A stretch of 53,137 nt of DNA, filler included, from Sphacelaria rigidula (Eukaryota), in the NCBI GenBank assembly GCA_964200075.2. It is 3 parts of 3 records of this genome, joined end to end, with 100 filler letters (N's around TTAATTAATTAA, not from the genome) between each part and the next. Parts side by side here need not be neighbours in the genome. Positions count along the whole stretch, not along the records: positions 1 to 17,650 come from CAXNAA020001021.1; 2 more parts are not named here. One strand, given 5' to 3'. The position numbers were made by a program, and so were the translations under genes. Every line of letters starts with the position of its first letter. Position 1 is the first letter of the stretch. The notes under the pieces were generated by a model. The model did no database searches and was not told the DNA's origin. It saw only the letters and a program-made list of their open reading frames with translations. This document shows, piece after piece, positions 1-12,950 of the stretch.

Positions 1-479
1 AGAGGCCGCTCTCGAAATCTCTGACCCAAGCGAATCGGAAAAGTGGGCTAGGCTCCTCTCGGTGGGGTGATACAAAGTGTCCAAGACGTGTGGTGGCGAT
101 TTTCCCTCTTTGGGGCTCAAAAACCTTATCAAATGTCCTTAAAGTGGAAAATACGAGCCAAACAAAATACGAACCGGAAGAAACGGCCTTACGTAGCGTT
201 AAATGGCCCAAAGTTACGTTTTCCCTGTTTTTTCGAATGTGTCACGTGTGTTTCCCTTATCCGAGAATAAAATCAACCATTCATCCACCCACCCAACCAA
301 TTAATTAATTAAAATATTTTCTTGTTGTTATACTTTGTCTTCCCCTTGTTCAAAAGACAGTAACCCAAACCCCAACCCAACCGTGATGTGTATATAATAA
401 ATTAAGTAATTAGTCAATCAATTATATCTATTACTTCTTATTTATAATGTAAATTAATTTTCATTTAATTTGTTCAATT

Positions 480-860
480 GCGTTTTGCACCGATAATTTT
501 GAATTTTGCTATTCGGTGTTTCAGGCGGTTGTTCGCGTGCCGTGCTCATCACAATGAACGTGTGATCCCTACGTTCGGGGATCGAGAGATACTTGCATCC
601 TCTCCACATTCCGAAGAAATCATTTGTGCACTCAATATTGAACGACTTACGGGGCGAGCGGTTCTCGGGGGTCCTGCCAATGCACAGCCCAAGGTTTTGA
701 CTGTTCGGTATTTTTGCTGGATTGAACCGATCCCGATCGTGCTCGTAAATAATTATAAATATCATTTTCCCCTGAAATTTCACCCTTTCATTGCCGTGAA
801 TTCGAAAAACCGTTTTTTTTGTCCAATGGCGGTCAATAACACCTTCCTGATAAACGAGGT
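480..860 (+). mobile_element. Diverged internal fragment related to MITE family 2
   Basis: Shares blocks with 5870-6125 (CTCCACATTCC, CTCAATATT, TCGGGGGTCCTG, TTCGGTATTTT, CCCGATC, CGGTCA.TAACACC). No TIRs seen. Confidence 0.7.
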
Positions 861-2193
861 CTTCACTCCGTCCGTACCACCCCGACAACACCAACTTGGG
901 GATTGTGTCCCGGGCACGACCTGTTCATTTTCTCAATATGTCGACTCCAGCACTTCCGAGTGCTGAAGAAGCCTAGTACGCCAGAAAAAGGAGAGAAAAT
1001 CTCAATGAAAAAGAACAGCCTAGAGTGCATGCGGACTACTATTTCAGTGGGGCGTGTGCCGTAATTATTATTGATGTTGTTGTTGTTGTTGTTGTCTTCA
1101 CATATAAAATCCTTCCGACTTCTGCTCAGTACTCTTTACTGGGCATCTGATGCGGACGCCTTCCGCGGTCACAGGCTAACTACCCCCGATATAGGGTAAA
1201 ATAATGATGATAAAATGAATCGGACCCAGAAACAATTCACACAGATGCGATGCAAAAGAAAAAAGAAACAAAACAAAACAAAAATACTAAGGCAGAAGAA
1301 AAAGGAAGAAAGAAAAAGGACTACTGGTAATGGAAGTCGTTATTCGGTGACTCCTATCTGCACCACCGTGGCCGGCACAGCAGGCACTGTATGTCGTACT
1401 TCCAAATAGGCGTAGAATAAAACATAGGCCCGTGCCGAGGAGACCTTGTCACCCTGTTGTCTGTACATAACATCGAGGCAAGATGTGCATACTTCGGAGG
1501 GGCTGAGGGAAGCAGCGTTCTCTCCCGTCATCATCGTCCGTGCGTCGTTACAGTGTAGGCAACTCGCCCTGTCGTGTCAAGTTCACCGAACCGCTCACGC
1601 TGCCACACACATCAACACAATGCTCTTCTAGCAAGCGTCTCATTAGACGGGCATCTGTACGCTTCGCTTCGACGCCGAAGCCCGCACGATCGGCAGCGTT
1701 GGCTTGTTACACTTGTCGTCCACCGAGCATAATCTAACGAAAACGCTCAGAAATATTGGCTTGTTTAGGCTGGATTTCAGATGTCGAGCACGACTCTACC
1801 GTCTGAATGCGCACGAGTGATGCAATCATGGCATTAACTCTACAAACTCCGGGTAGCTCTACACCACGGCGAATGCTCGTGTTTTGCCGCAAAAAAAATG
1901 TTGATGGCCCCGTTCAGTGCGCGAAAACGTATACGTTGATACCGTCTTCAATGTTGCTAGATAATGCGTATTTATCGATCGCGAGATATTGGGATACGGT
2001 TTTGGGGGCTGAGCCTGCTCGGTAGATTCGAGGACGATTTCTAGCCGTTTTTGAGTGATTGATTTTTTGTTGTCGCACTTTAACTGACCCCCCAGGGATA
2101 CAGTCGTGGTCACGTGATCGACGTACCCTAGACAACACATCACTGAACCACTCGGTAAAGAAAGAAGAAACAGAAAGAGGTGCTAACTAAGAC

Positions 2194-2404
2194 TGCAATG
2201 CGTGCGAGGACCGCGTGCTTAGAGGACCGCATCGGAATTTGAACATCCCTATGATGGAGGTTAGGGTTGGGGTTTGTGTTGGGGTTAGGGTCGGGGGCGT
2301 GATCCCTGCAGGGACTGGCCTGATGGATTTTGTAAAACGTCAATCCTGAAGTGTTTCGAAGTACGATGTGGTCTCCTGAGCACGCGGTCCTCTCACGCAT
2401 TACG
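2194..2404 (-). mobile_element. MITE family 1 (TGT..ACA, Ginger-like), copy 1
   Basis: About 40-bp TIRs TGCAATGCGTGCGAGGACCGCGTGCT / AGCACGCGGTCCTCTCACGCATTACG. Flanked by AAGAC/AAGAC. Internal GGGTTA-like repeats. Confidence 0.9.
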
Positions 2405-2501
2405 AAGACGGTCGTGTGGGATGAAGACAACACCCGCGGGCCCCGTTGGGAGGATCATGTACGGGAGTTGGCTGTTGGCTCTTTGCTCGTTCACCACGCA
2501 G

Positions 2502-5500
2502 CGATGACAATTCCTTTCGCACTCGCTGTTCGAATGGCGGGCAGGACGGTGAAGACGACAACAAAGCAATTCAAAGCAGCAACCGCAAAAAGAGGAGCAG
2601 CGTTTCCCGAGGGCTACCAACCCCGACTTCGCCACCTGCGACGGTCGCCCAATCGTCCAAACGCCGCTCATCAGAAGCAAATCAACCGAAGAAGAAGAAG
2701 AAGAAGCCGAAGCAAACTCCCACGCAAGATCCCGGCAGCATGAAAACGACCCATCACTCGACACCTCGCAGGCCGGAGACCACTCAATCCAAGAAAAAAA
2801 GATCCTCGAAGTCTACCCCCTTGAAAAGTAAGGGTTCCACGCCCGCCTCTAGAAAGTCGCCCGCCGCTACCACGCATCCTCCTTCCAGTCAGGGTGGCGA
2901 ACAGCAGTCGCTTGGTCACGTGGAGGAGATAGCAGCCGAAGAACCGAATGTGGTGGCGTCACCACCCCCAATGAACGCACACAAGTTCAAGATTATGACC
3001 GGGAAGCAGGCGGTGGCGGCCATTCGAGAAGGCACACGTGAGAGATCTGTACTGCAGAGAGACGCTGTTTGTTCTTCAACGAATGTGCTTGGCCCATTCA
3101 TTTGGGACACCCAGAAAAAAGACAGCTCGGCATCTCTGTTGCTGTGGTTTTAATACACCCGGCGTGCGTTGTACTTTGCAAGGTTCCTGGTTGTTCGTAT
3201 TGCACTAAGTCGATGTATTGAAATGGCGCGTTCATCTCTGTTGAATTTGCAGGTATCTATATCAAGAGTGGAGAGGGTAATGGTGGAGATACGTGGTGGG
3301 ACAGTGGCGTGGTCCAGAAGGTGAGACGTGATGTATCTAGAAGATGATCGCGAGTCTGAGATGCGGTCTATGAATTGCACGAATTACCCCTTGGCGCGAA
3401 AAACACATTTGCGGAGGAGGTCCCGCCATTGTGCGAGAGCTGGCAGCTCGAAATGCGAAACATTCCCAATCGAGGGCATCATGTGTTTCATGAGAGCGGG
3501 GGAATTTCTATTCGCTGAATCGAATTCGATTTAATTACATTTGAGTCATCATTTGCTTGAGGTGGCGAATGCTGAAGAGGACCTGAGAGGTTCAGTGCTT
3601 GTCAGGTCCAGTGCTTGGAATACCTTTGCCGGTGATGCCGAACATCGAAGCGATTGTTAGTTAATACGCTGAGAGCGTGGTGGGCAGACCCATTGGCGTG
3701 CGTGCGAAACAGCCGCCTGAGCAGCCGTAATGGCCGCACTGTGATAAATCCCCCACTTAGCCGGTGATTGGTACAACTGTAGTACCTTTGCGGAACTGCA
3801 CTACTGTAACGGATCCAACTTGATAGCGATTGACCGAACTACGGTGGGTTGCCGTATCTTTGGGGGTTGGACTACAGCGAGATAGATGCCCACCGTTGAA
3901 CTTCTTTTTCGACGCCCAGCAAGCACATACAGTTTTGGGAAAGCGGCAAGTACAGCAATGTACAGCCATATGCAGTTTTTTTTAGGCTTGCCAGATATGT
4001 TTGCACTTGTAGTGTTCATTTCGTTGCCGGACGAATTCCTCAAATGGTTTGCGGATAATTGAAGCGCACGGCCCGTTCCGTTTAACACTTTATTTCTGGT
4101 GGATACCCACAGTTGAGTCCCCGGAATTGCCAGTCGCCCCGGTGGCTCAGTTGTTATCCTCGAAACTTTTCACACCCTGGACAATATATGCTCAAAATAT
4201 CCAATAGACCAGAAGCGTACTGCATAAAGTGTAGGCCTATTGCGGCTAGTGTCGGCCGGCAATAGCCGCAATAGGGCTACACTTTATGCAGTACGCTTCT
4301 GGTCTATTGAATATTTTGACCATATTTTGTCCAGGGTGTGAAAAGGTTCGACGGTTCGGACGTGATTTCGAATCTCGGTGAAGTCACACGATCTTGAATT
4401 TTCCAACAGTGGAGAACGACTATGTCGTAGAGACATAAAAGTTCGACTTGACGGTTGACGAAGGAAAGGGACCGCTGAACCCTTTTCGCGATAAAAATAA
4501 TTAGGCGAGCGCCGCCTGAGGAAGGTGGGGTATTGAAACAAAAGAAAAAAACAAGAAAAGTCCTGAGTTGACCTTCCTCCTGTGTGACCCCGGCTGATGC
4601 GCCCACATATACCGAAAGGTGTAGACTGGTGTCCAGAATAGGTGGGATGGCAACACACACACAACACACAGTGTGGTTACGTGTCCGACAAGGGTGGGGA
4701 TGGTGTAATGCGTGAGAGGACCACGTGCTCAAGAGGCCGCATCATAGTTAAAAAAACCTCAGGATCGACGTTTTGCAAAACCAATCGGGCCAGTCCCTGC
4801 AGAGACTACGCCCCTGATCCTAACCCCAACACTATCCCAACCCTAACCCTAACCATAGGGGTGTTCAAACTCCGATGCGTCCTCTAAGCTCGCGGTCCTC
4901 TCACGCATTACATTGGCATCACAACTTTCGCACTGCAATCAAGAGGCTGTTTTGCGACTTCCATGCAATCAGAGCTTGTGCTGTAGCGATGTGCGGCATT
5001 GGACAGCGCTTCGCCGGCATACACGTACGGACTGTGCAGTATTGTGCCGTGATGTATAATAGTGTTTGGTACCTGCACTAAAAATGCCCTTCTTCATATG
5101 AACTTTCTGCACACACAACTCGCCGCCAAAGGCCTCTGGCATGACCGCAATGCTAGGGGTCAAGCCGTTTCATTATGTGACTGACCGGCCTACAGACTCA
5201 GAACATCCCATGAGAGAGGTAGTAACACCTAGACGAGCCAGGCGTCAACTGGCGGTATTGTTGGCTTTTTCAATATACTATGTAGTAGATCACGCTCACC
5301 AGGTTGAATCGACGGACGAAAAGGTCGCGGCTGCCGTGCAGGATGCTGGGTGCGATGTGAGCCGCACAGTCAGAAGCATCGCAGTGACGTTTTTGTGCAG
5401 TCCCGTGTCTCAGCTATGCAGTAATTCACAATCCTTTGTGGCCGCTGCTCGATCTATTCCTTTCTATGCCATTTCGATGAGATACACTCAACATTGCCCT

Positions 5501-6777
5501 GAAGCCTTGTCCGGGTTTGCATAAACGTGGTTCGGGAAGTGTTGCTCCCCGTATTCCTGCATGTTCTCAAGCTTTTGGCAATATCCCCTCTGCGACACCG
5601 CAGTCCGAAGGATGGCCGCGTGTATACGTCGTCTATGTTTCCCAACGTCGCTAGGTTGTTGGCAACCCGAACAACGTGTGTACAGCGTGACTCGGGTCTT
5701 ATACGGGCGTCATGAGCCTGATCTCGCGTTACGTAACTACTATGAACCGGCCTATAGTAGTGGGCGGTCTAACTATTCACATTGTGGCGTTTTGTGATTT
5801 TTTCCGTAATTGGCGATTGTTTTGGGCTCTTTTGCTTGCCACCGCTTCTCACATGGGGGATCTCAAGATATTTGTATCTGCTCCACATTCCAAGAAAAAA
5901 ATGTCACCTGTACTCAATATTCAGTGACTTATAGGCTGACCGATCATCGGGGGTCCTGTCACGTTTCAGCCCAGATTATTACTCTTCGGTATTTTCGGTC
6001 GATCGAGCCTGTCCCGATCATATTGTTGAAGAAATTTACATTTTCCTTTTTTTGAAATTCTACCTACTCACAGCGTTAAAGCCGAAGAACTTGTCTCACG
6101 GTCAGTAACACCCACCTGATGAACGGGGTACTTAATCGTATCGCTTGATAACACCAACTGATACTGGCTTGTGCAATGTATTTCGAGAATGATTTGTTTA
6201 CTGTACCAGAATATACCTCCGCTAGCAATTTCGATTCTATCGAAGAGTTCTACGCGAGGAAACCCCCCAAACACCCCTGAATTGTTGGCCCGCCGACTAC
6301 TGTATACCTCGGGACGTGCGTTTTACAAATGCACTGAATAAGCCGATTGACGCTGTGCGCACTTTGTTGAACTCGCCTTCAAACTGGGAACGTCGGGAAA
6401 CGTGGATAACTTATACCGACGGAGACCCGTGCCCTGTGAACTTGAATAAATATGCTGATACCAATCTACTGTTGTCCTTTGGTTGGTGCCCGGTGAAGGT
6501 CCACGAGCGCGGCAGACGGTTCGAGGTAGACTGGGAGGGGATCAATAACCGCGGGGAGGAGGTCGAAACGGGCGGCGAGAAGCGCATCGACTTACCAGTG
6601 ACCTACAGCCTCGGGGGCGCGGCTGCTGCAGCAATTCAGAGCGTGCCTCCCGGCACTCAAGAGGCCGCGCTCGTGCGAAAGCAAGTGCTAGCCGACGCTC
6701 GCATCGGGTCGTGGTGCATACAGCACCCGGAAGAACCGTGGGGCATGCTGGACCCGTTCGGTGAAGACTCCATTTGA
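2502..6777 (+). CDS. Spliced gene A: K/S/T-rich low-complexity protein with a C-terminal Tudor/SH3-like domain (paralogue of gene B)
   Basis: Exons 2502-3037 (cag acceptor; donor C|GTGAGA), 3253-3320 (gcag; AAG|GTGAGA) and 6499-6777 (aag acceptor; TGA) join in frame. Product reads ...GKQAVAAIREGT-RIYIKSGEGNGGDTWWDSGVVQK-VHERGRRFEVDWEG...RIGSWCIQHPEEPWGMLD. A phase-compatible first exon 938-975 (MSTPALPSAEEAY, donor GTACGC) is possible but speculative. The domain assignment is inferred from the pattern. Confidence 0.7.
4160..4351. repeat. 192-bp near-perfect palindrome (essentially no loop) in an intron of gene A
   Basis: Arms 4160-4255 and 4256-4351, centred on GTCGG|CCGGC. Includes a 33-bp perfect run; 4 mismatches in the inner 55 bp. 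Confidence 0.95.
4410..4670 (+). repeat. Dispersed repeat, probably a retroposon 3' end, with a CA-rich tail; second copy at 9305-9560
   Basis: Shared blocks CGACTTGA.GG, GCTGAACCC, GGAAGGTGGG, CCTGTGTGACCCCGGCTG.TGCGCCCA, GGTGTAGAC and CCAGAAT. Confidence 0.75.
4704..4912 (+). mobile_element. MITE family 1, copy 2
   Basis: TGTAATGCGTGAGAGGACC...GGTCCTCTCACGCATTACA. Flanks ATGG/TTGG. Internal CCCTAA-like repeats. Confidence 0.9.
5755..6302 (+). mobile_element. Tc1/mariner-type MITE (family 2), copy 1
   Basis: TIRs (C/T)AGTAGT(C/G)GGCGG..AAC.ATTCA at both ends, flanked by TA/TA. Confidence 0.85.
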
Positions 6778-7910
6778 GACGGAGACGGGAGGGAGAGGGG
6801 GCACTTCCCTCGTTCTTCTTCGAGTGGAACAGCCCTAACACGCACGCTCTCCTGGAGGCAGCCCCCCACTGTTTAGAGAGCGGCCAGCTTCCTTGGGTGC
6901 TCGTGTGGCCAGTCGTCCGGTCATGATTGGCATCGACAGATGTGTGTCGTCCTGCCGGACAGAAGGGAAGATCAGGTCCTTGAAAACTAGAGTAGATATC
7001 TGACTTCAAGCACCCTATCGAGAAGTTCTTCGAGCCGAGGTTCACGTAGCTGCTACGGTAGTATCGAATGTTACACGTGGTGATTTCGGGTAAACGAACC
7101 AGGAAGTCTTTGGGAAAGGTTGGTAGACACCGGTGCAGATATGATCTTGTCTGTGTACGTGTGGTTTCCGCCAAGCTGGCGTGTTTCCTGGTACCGAAGG
7201 GTTGCATAACTCGTTCGCCTCTGTCTTGCCTCATCTACATTGCCCTCGGACGTGTCCCAGCATTTGGTACAGAATGTAGCTTGCCCCGTATGACAGAGCC
7301 GCTGTTTTTTCCTGGAGCACCAGGCTGTAAGAAAGTTGTCTATATCTCGGCATGCCATGTGGCAGTAGACTGCAACATGTTTCGTTCCGCAAGCAGCTCG
7401 TCATAGTTCGCACGAGGTCGTTTTTTGCAGCACCGATAAGGAGTAGAGTGACGCAACTTGTCCAAAATTTCCCAATAATCGTTTGTGTACTTGGATACGA
7501 GAGGACTGCTGTGATGAAATTTTGTTTTGAGAGTTGTCGTGGGGGCGGGGGCGGGGGGGGGGACATATGTCGTGCCTCTAGAGTAGCACTGCTTGTTTAG
7601 CTCGTCAATGTTTTGAGTGTCGATATACTCGCTTCATTTTTGTACAAAACTGTTATGTTCAAGACTTTTGTTCCATGTGTATGCTGGGAGCAGGGTTGTG
7701 ATGAACGGAAGGAATGGAACCATGGGTTGGGAAGGTTGATTCCATGTGTAGCTTGGGGAAGATTCAGGTCTAGGCCGGGTGAGAGGGTTGCACGTACACC
7801 GACAGACACAGAGTACACATAGTGTCAATTCTAGATTTTTTGTGGGAAAGCACCCTCAACGGGTTTCAATGGCTGCCGTTCGGAAGTATTATATGGCGAG
7901 TGATGCCGCA

Positions 7911-8185
7911 ATAGCCCGCCCCCCTCCCCCCCCCCCAAACCAGCCCGAAACTGTCACGACGAGGGAAATGGCCATACAGTGCATGATGGATTGTGTCAGA
8001 CTGCATGAAGCGCCTCACAGGGGCGGCATTGGCAAAAACGATCCCAATCGTGCGAGTTCCCAACTGCTCGGTGTGCTCGGTTCTTGTCATTTTGATTCAC
8101 ATGTAGATTTTACCTCCTCAAACCAGCCACTTTCCTGGGGGGGGGGAGGGGGGGGGGTACTCACGTTCCCGGAGAGGGGGGCTAT
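7911..8185 (+). mobile_element. MITE family 3 (ATAGCC..GGCTAT), copy 1
   Basis: Terminal ATAGCC(C)n / (G)nGCTAT. Internal sequence aligns with 32869-33098 (CTGCATGAAGCGCCTCACA and others). Confidence 0.75.
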
Positions 8186-9706
8186 TGTGGTGTCAGTCTG
8201 GATGGCGTGAAAATTCAACACAACGGGGAAGCGTGTACTCCTGTGAGTGGCCGTCTTTGTCGAGAAGTGACATCTTCTTTAGAATACTGGCGAACGCTGC
8301 ACAGTAGGAGCAACGCCCGTACCCGAGTAAAATGTTGTTCGTCCTCACGCGAAGAAATCCCACCCCAATCCCACAGTATACACACGCTGATTGGTTTGAC
8401 CCTAACCTGTTGTCAGCAGTCAGCAGCGTCATCTAGATAACAGCTGGGTACCAGGTGGACATGAGTCACAACTCAGCAAAAAACTCTTGAACACATCAAG
8501 TACTGGTGGGTGTCAAGGCGGAAAAAAAAACAACGGATGCGCAGATTTTGTACCCTTGCATCATGAAGGCACGCAACGAACGCGTACGCACGCCGGTATG
8601 CCCCACTCACTGCGGAGAGCAAATTCCATTGTTGGCCTCTATGCTCTCTCTGTCTCTCCTTCGGCTTCTTATTCTCATGTAGTACACTACGTGAGCTCGT
8701 GGAGCCTTGTACGTTTGCAGTGTCCTCTGGAAGCTGTCAGGGCGTTGGGGTCGGTGGGATTCTCAGGGCTGGTACGCTTATGACGAGGAACTATTATTAT
8801 GAAGATGTGACATCGGTTGGGAAATACTTCGTGAGGGATGTTTCTCTCGCCCCCGTCGGAGTTTTTTGACCCCAAGATCCACGCCCCTCGCAAGTCTTCT
8901 TGTTGGGGGTCGCAACCGCAATTGTATGTGATACTGTACTAGCGTGTTCAGATGCGGCAACAATCATACTGCGAAGCCACGGGTACATGCACTCCAGAGG
9001 GGAAAACAAGGACGCAGATGGACTTCCCGAAGCGATGTCTCCGCAGCACACATTTCAACCCTAACCCAAAGCGCGTTTACAACCATACAGCACGACGCGT
9101 TGTCCACAACAGTACGGAAACTTTAGCTACAGACGGTGTACGCTGTGCCATCTCTGCTTGTGCGATGCTTGCTGCTGTCCAACAGAAACGAAAGGGGAGA
9201 GAAGAATTGTTTCGGGCGCCGATGCACACAACACAATACGCGATCGAAGCGAGATTGAACCAGACAAACATGCGTTTGTGGAAAGCAGTCACGTGCACAA
9301 CAGAGGAGAGCGACTACACTATCGTACTGTATCGTGGATCTGCGTGGGTACACAAAAATCCGACTTGATGGTCGACGAGGGAAAAGGACTGCTGAACCCG
9401 TCCCGAGATAAAAACGGAGGCAAGCCCCGCAGAAGGAAGGTGGGAAATTAAAACAAAACAAAAAACAAAAACTCTTGTGTTAACCCTCTTCCTGTGTGAC
9501 CCCGGCTGGTGCGCCCATACATAATGAACGGTGTAGACCGACGCCCAGAATGATAGGAGGACGAAACTGTCATAAACGTCAGAATCATGGAAAACGATGA
9601 CAGTTGTTGAAATTCAGTTTAATTATGTATCCACGACCGGTAAGTATGATGGCGGAAACTAGTACAGGCAAGCACGTAAGCTGACCAAGGGTATAGAGGG
9701 GAGATC

Positions 9707-9971
9707 ATGAGCGAGCTCAAAGAGATAGAGAAAGAGCTTGCGAGCATAGAAAATCAAATAGTTAAAGTTGAGGCGAATTCGCTCGCAGTCGATAATGCCA
9801 TTGCTGGCCGTGGTACGTACAGGGGCTACTCCGGGGAGGACTGCTTCCTGAAGGATAACTTGAGGGTGGTCCAGCGGGAGATGATGAAGCAACTCAAGCG
9901 AAAAGCGCGCGGCCTGAACTGCCGGAAGCGCCAGCTCCTCACTCGTGCAGCTAGCGTTAGTTCCGCTCCTG
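9707..9971 (+). CDS. Isolated ATG-initiated coiled-coil exon (orphan first exon or gene fragment)
   Basis: MSELKEIEKELASIENQIVKVE...LKRKARGLNCRKRQLL shows heptad-like L/I periodicity and is followed by a good donor G|GTACGT. No downstream partner exon was identified. Confidence 0.45.
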
Positions 9972-10707
9972 GTACGTGTATATTTTTTAGGTGCTAGGGC
10001 GGCTTCAAGGCCCGTAAGCCGTGCTGTGGAACCGGTTGCTTGTAATCGGCGTTTTGATGTGATCGACACTGCGCAGGAGTCAAGACGGGATGGGACCCTC
10101 AACGATTGCCTGTGCTGTGCTGTAACTGTTGTGATCTAAGTGCTGTGCCTTCTAGTGTGGTTAGACTTCATGACACTACGGCAGATCTGCCATTGTGCTG
10201 CTGTGTGAGTCTTGGTGTCTAGGTGTGTAAGACGTGGTTTGTCGGTGACTTACTCTTGACGAGCGGAAGAACCGTCTGTCCACACCACCACACGAAGACG
10301 AAGTGCAAGGGATGCGCAGGTACTATACAGTCAGAGTAGCCGCAAGTCCCCCACTGCAGCGTACGTGTGCGCCCACGAGCGGGAAGCCCACGCTTATACT
10401 TTTCCCGATGTCTGTTCTATGTGGACCTACGCAGTAAAGGTGTGTACCCCCGGACGCTGTGTCCAAACTGTACCCCTAGCCGCGTGTTTTTATTCGGTCA
10501 TGTCCCACGAGATCCCTGTACCTATTCTTTGCCGTGTCAGCTCTGTGTATCTAGTATACTTAATCAGCAGCGATAAGGCCGAACGTTAGCGGAACAGTAA
10601 TCTGTTGTTTGAAGGAAACAAATATGATTGCGGGCTCCAAAACTTGCGTGAAATTTCGCTCAGTATACGCTTCCGACAATCGATTACCTTGTCTCTCACC
10701 CGAACAC

Positions 10708-10910
10708 TGTAATGCGTGGAGGGACGGCATACTTTTTGGACTGCATCGGAGTTTAACACTCCTATGGTTAGGGTTACGGCTAGGGCTGGGGTTAGGGTCA
10801 GGGGCACGGTCCCTGCAGGGACTGGCCCAAGCGATCTTGAAAAACGTCGATCCTTGGGTGTTCAAATGCCGATGCGGTCCAAAAAGTACGCGGTCTTCCC
10901 ACGCATTACA
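10708..10910 (-). mobile_element. MITE family 1, copy 3 (variant TIR subfamily)
   Basis: TGTAATGCGTGG...CCACGCATTACA. Flanks ACAC/ACAT. Same internal core CCCTGCAGGGACTGGCC and GGTTAGGG repeats. Confidence 0.88.
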
Positions 10911-12950
10911 ACATCTCTCTTTTCATGCCGTTATGGCGCGAACATGATCAGGCCGCCGCTGTTCATGCTTAATCTTTTCGCGCATTATGCAAGCATGCCA
11001 CTGTAGCAGAAGAAGCGATCGCCACATACATGCCATGGTGCCGTGGCAAGTAGTGCGCGAAATTGTGGGACCCACCAAGCTCACTCGCTATTTTGCTATG
11101 CTGCGCAACAAATGTGAAATGCACTCCTACCTGTACCTACGTTATACACTTACTTCATGTCGAGTACCAAAGGATATCGCAGGACAGGTGAAAATGAAAA
11201 CAAGGAATACGACGTGTTGAAGCTTTGAACGGCCGGCTGCAATGCATCACATTGAAGTTGATGCGCCATTCTGGGCTACTCGGGCACTAACCCTTGCCCA
11301 TTAAGGCATGTTATATCTTTTGAATTTTGATCAGAAGGGACCAATGCGTTTTTGAGCGTGGGAGCAGAGTCTAGCTTGCCATTTCCGTGGAATCCTGTTG
11401 CTGTTTGCAGCCGGGAGTTGAACCCGCACTCTTTGGAGGAGAACATAAACGATTCTGAGGAGCCTGATAAAATCGCCAATTACGAAGAAATTGCAAAATG
11501 AACAGTTCAGGCGCCCATTACTTCACCACACCCCACGACCCGCGACGTAACACACACATGGCTACTGCTGTGCGTTGACCCTTTGAGATGAACCTGTAGG
11601 TGTGGACGTGGAATAACACGCAGTCTTGTGCTTGGTTGGGGCACACATCAACCACGTGCCCAAATGAAAACAGATCCAAACAGCAAATTCTACGTATCGT
11701 CCTCTGGTGTTCTCATTGGGTCAATCAATGGAGAGGACTGCCCAGGTAGGCATCGCTGCGCTCTACGCTTGTTGATGCCTGGTGGTTTGACCATCGTCAC
11801 CTGTGGTACGCTTACTCTCGAGGTGTATGTCCGATCAAAACAGAGTGTCTATGAAAAAAACATTTCTGGGAGAAGCCCTTTGATCTCTCGTTGGCTTGCC
11901 TGGAAGTCCAGTCCCAACGTCATATTCAAGGGAGGATACCGAACAGTAGTGATGTCCTGACAGTACCTTGTTCCCGTGCGCACCAAAGCCCGGAACTCCG
12001 TGCATGCAAGACATGCTAGGATGACATTTTTTTATAGCAGTGAAACAACACAAAAATTCAACTACCGTACTAGTGCTTTCCATTCGACCACCGGTGTTAA
12101 TCTGTTGTGCCGACTTTTCCGGGTAAACAGGTGTCAACCCTGCTCCGCAGACGGATCTTGGGGGGTTGTCAATACAAGCCTCGGTGGCAGCACCATCCGC
12201 CTCTGCCGACGCGACCCTCGGTTCGCCACGACCGGACGGGTGAGTTTTGCCCTGTTTTCGCGGCTCGTGAAATCAGTATTCGCGAAGGTTTCAAGCCTTG
12301 TGTGAGTTCATTTTGCGCGTAGTGAACGTAAAGCATGTCGCATCTTCGTCAGGGCATCGCTGCGTGAGGTATTCTCTGCATGTTGAGCCCAAGGAATCAG
12401 TAGAGCTCTGCAATCATGGAGTGTTCCTGACAGCTGTACGAATACCACCACCGTTGGCTCATATAGTTGATACAGAAACTGCACTAGTTTAGTTCTGGGG
12501 AAGATGTGTCTGTTGCACGCGCTCGACTCGTGAGGTCTTCGCCAGCGTTCATGAGGTTCCCTCCGTACCCAGTGCTGGGGGCGGCGGGGGGAAAAATGGA
12601 AAATTAAGCCACAATGCAGTATCTGGCAGATTATGAGAACCCCGAACGTCTGCAATCTCTGAACACTGCGCGAGTCATTCGCAGAGCCTCAAACCTAGAA
12701 TAAGGACGACGACTTCGCCCATCGCTGCTGCTCATGCAGTCTAATCCGGCGCTGCTCGCGACATGCGTCCAATCATTAACACCATCCAATGTCGAAGGCA
12801 GCCATCGTTGTGAGGCTTCTGTGTGCACACCTTCCATACTCCTTGGCACCATACTTTCCTGAATAACCTTTCAAACGTGTGGGTACCTGTGTGTATGCTC
12901 CGCATGGATTGCTTGCTTCAACGCACTGTACATGCACCCGGCAAACGCAG

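Noticed and set aside
6542-7234. 230-aa minus-strand ORF
   Set aside because: No recognisable motif, and it overlaps the last exon of gene A in antisense.
11400-11480. tRNA-like B box (GGTTCAACTCC on -); similar at about 39235
   Set aside because: No cloverleaf could be built; at most decayed SINE heads.
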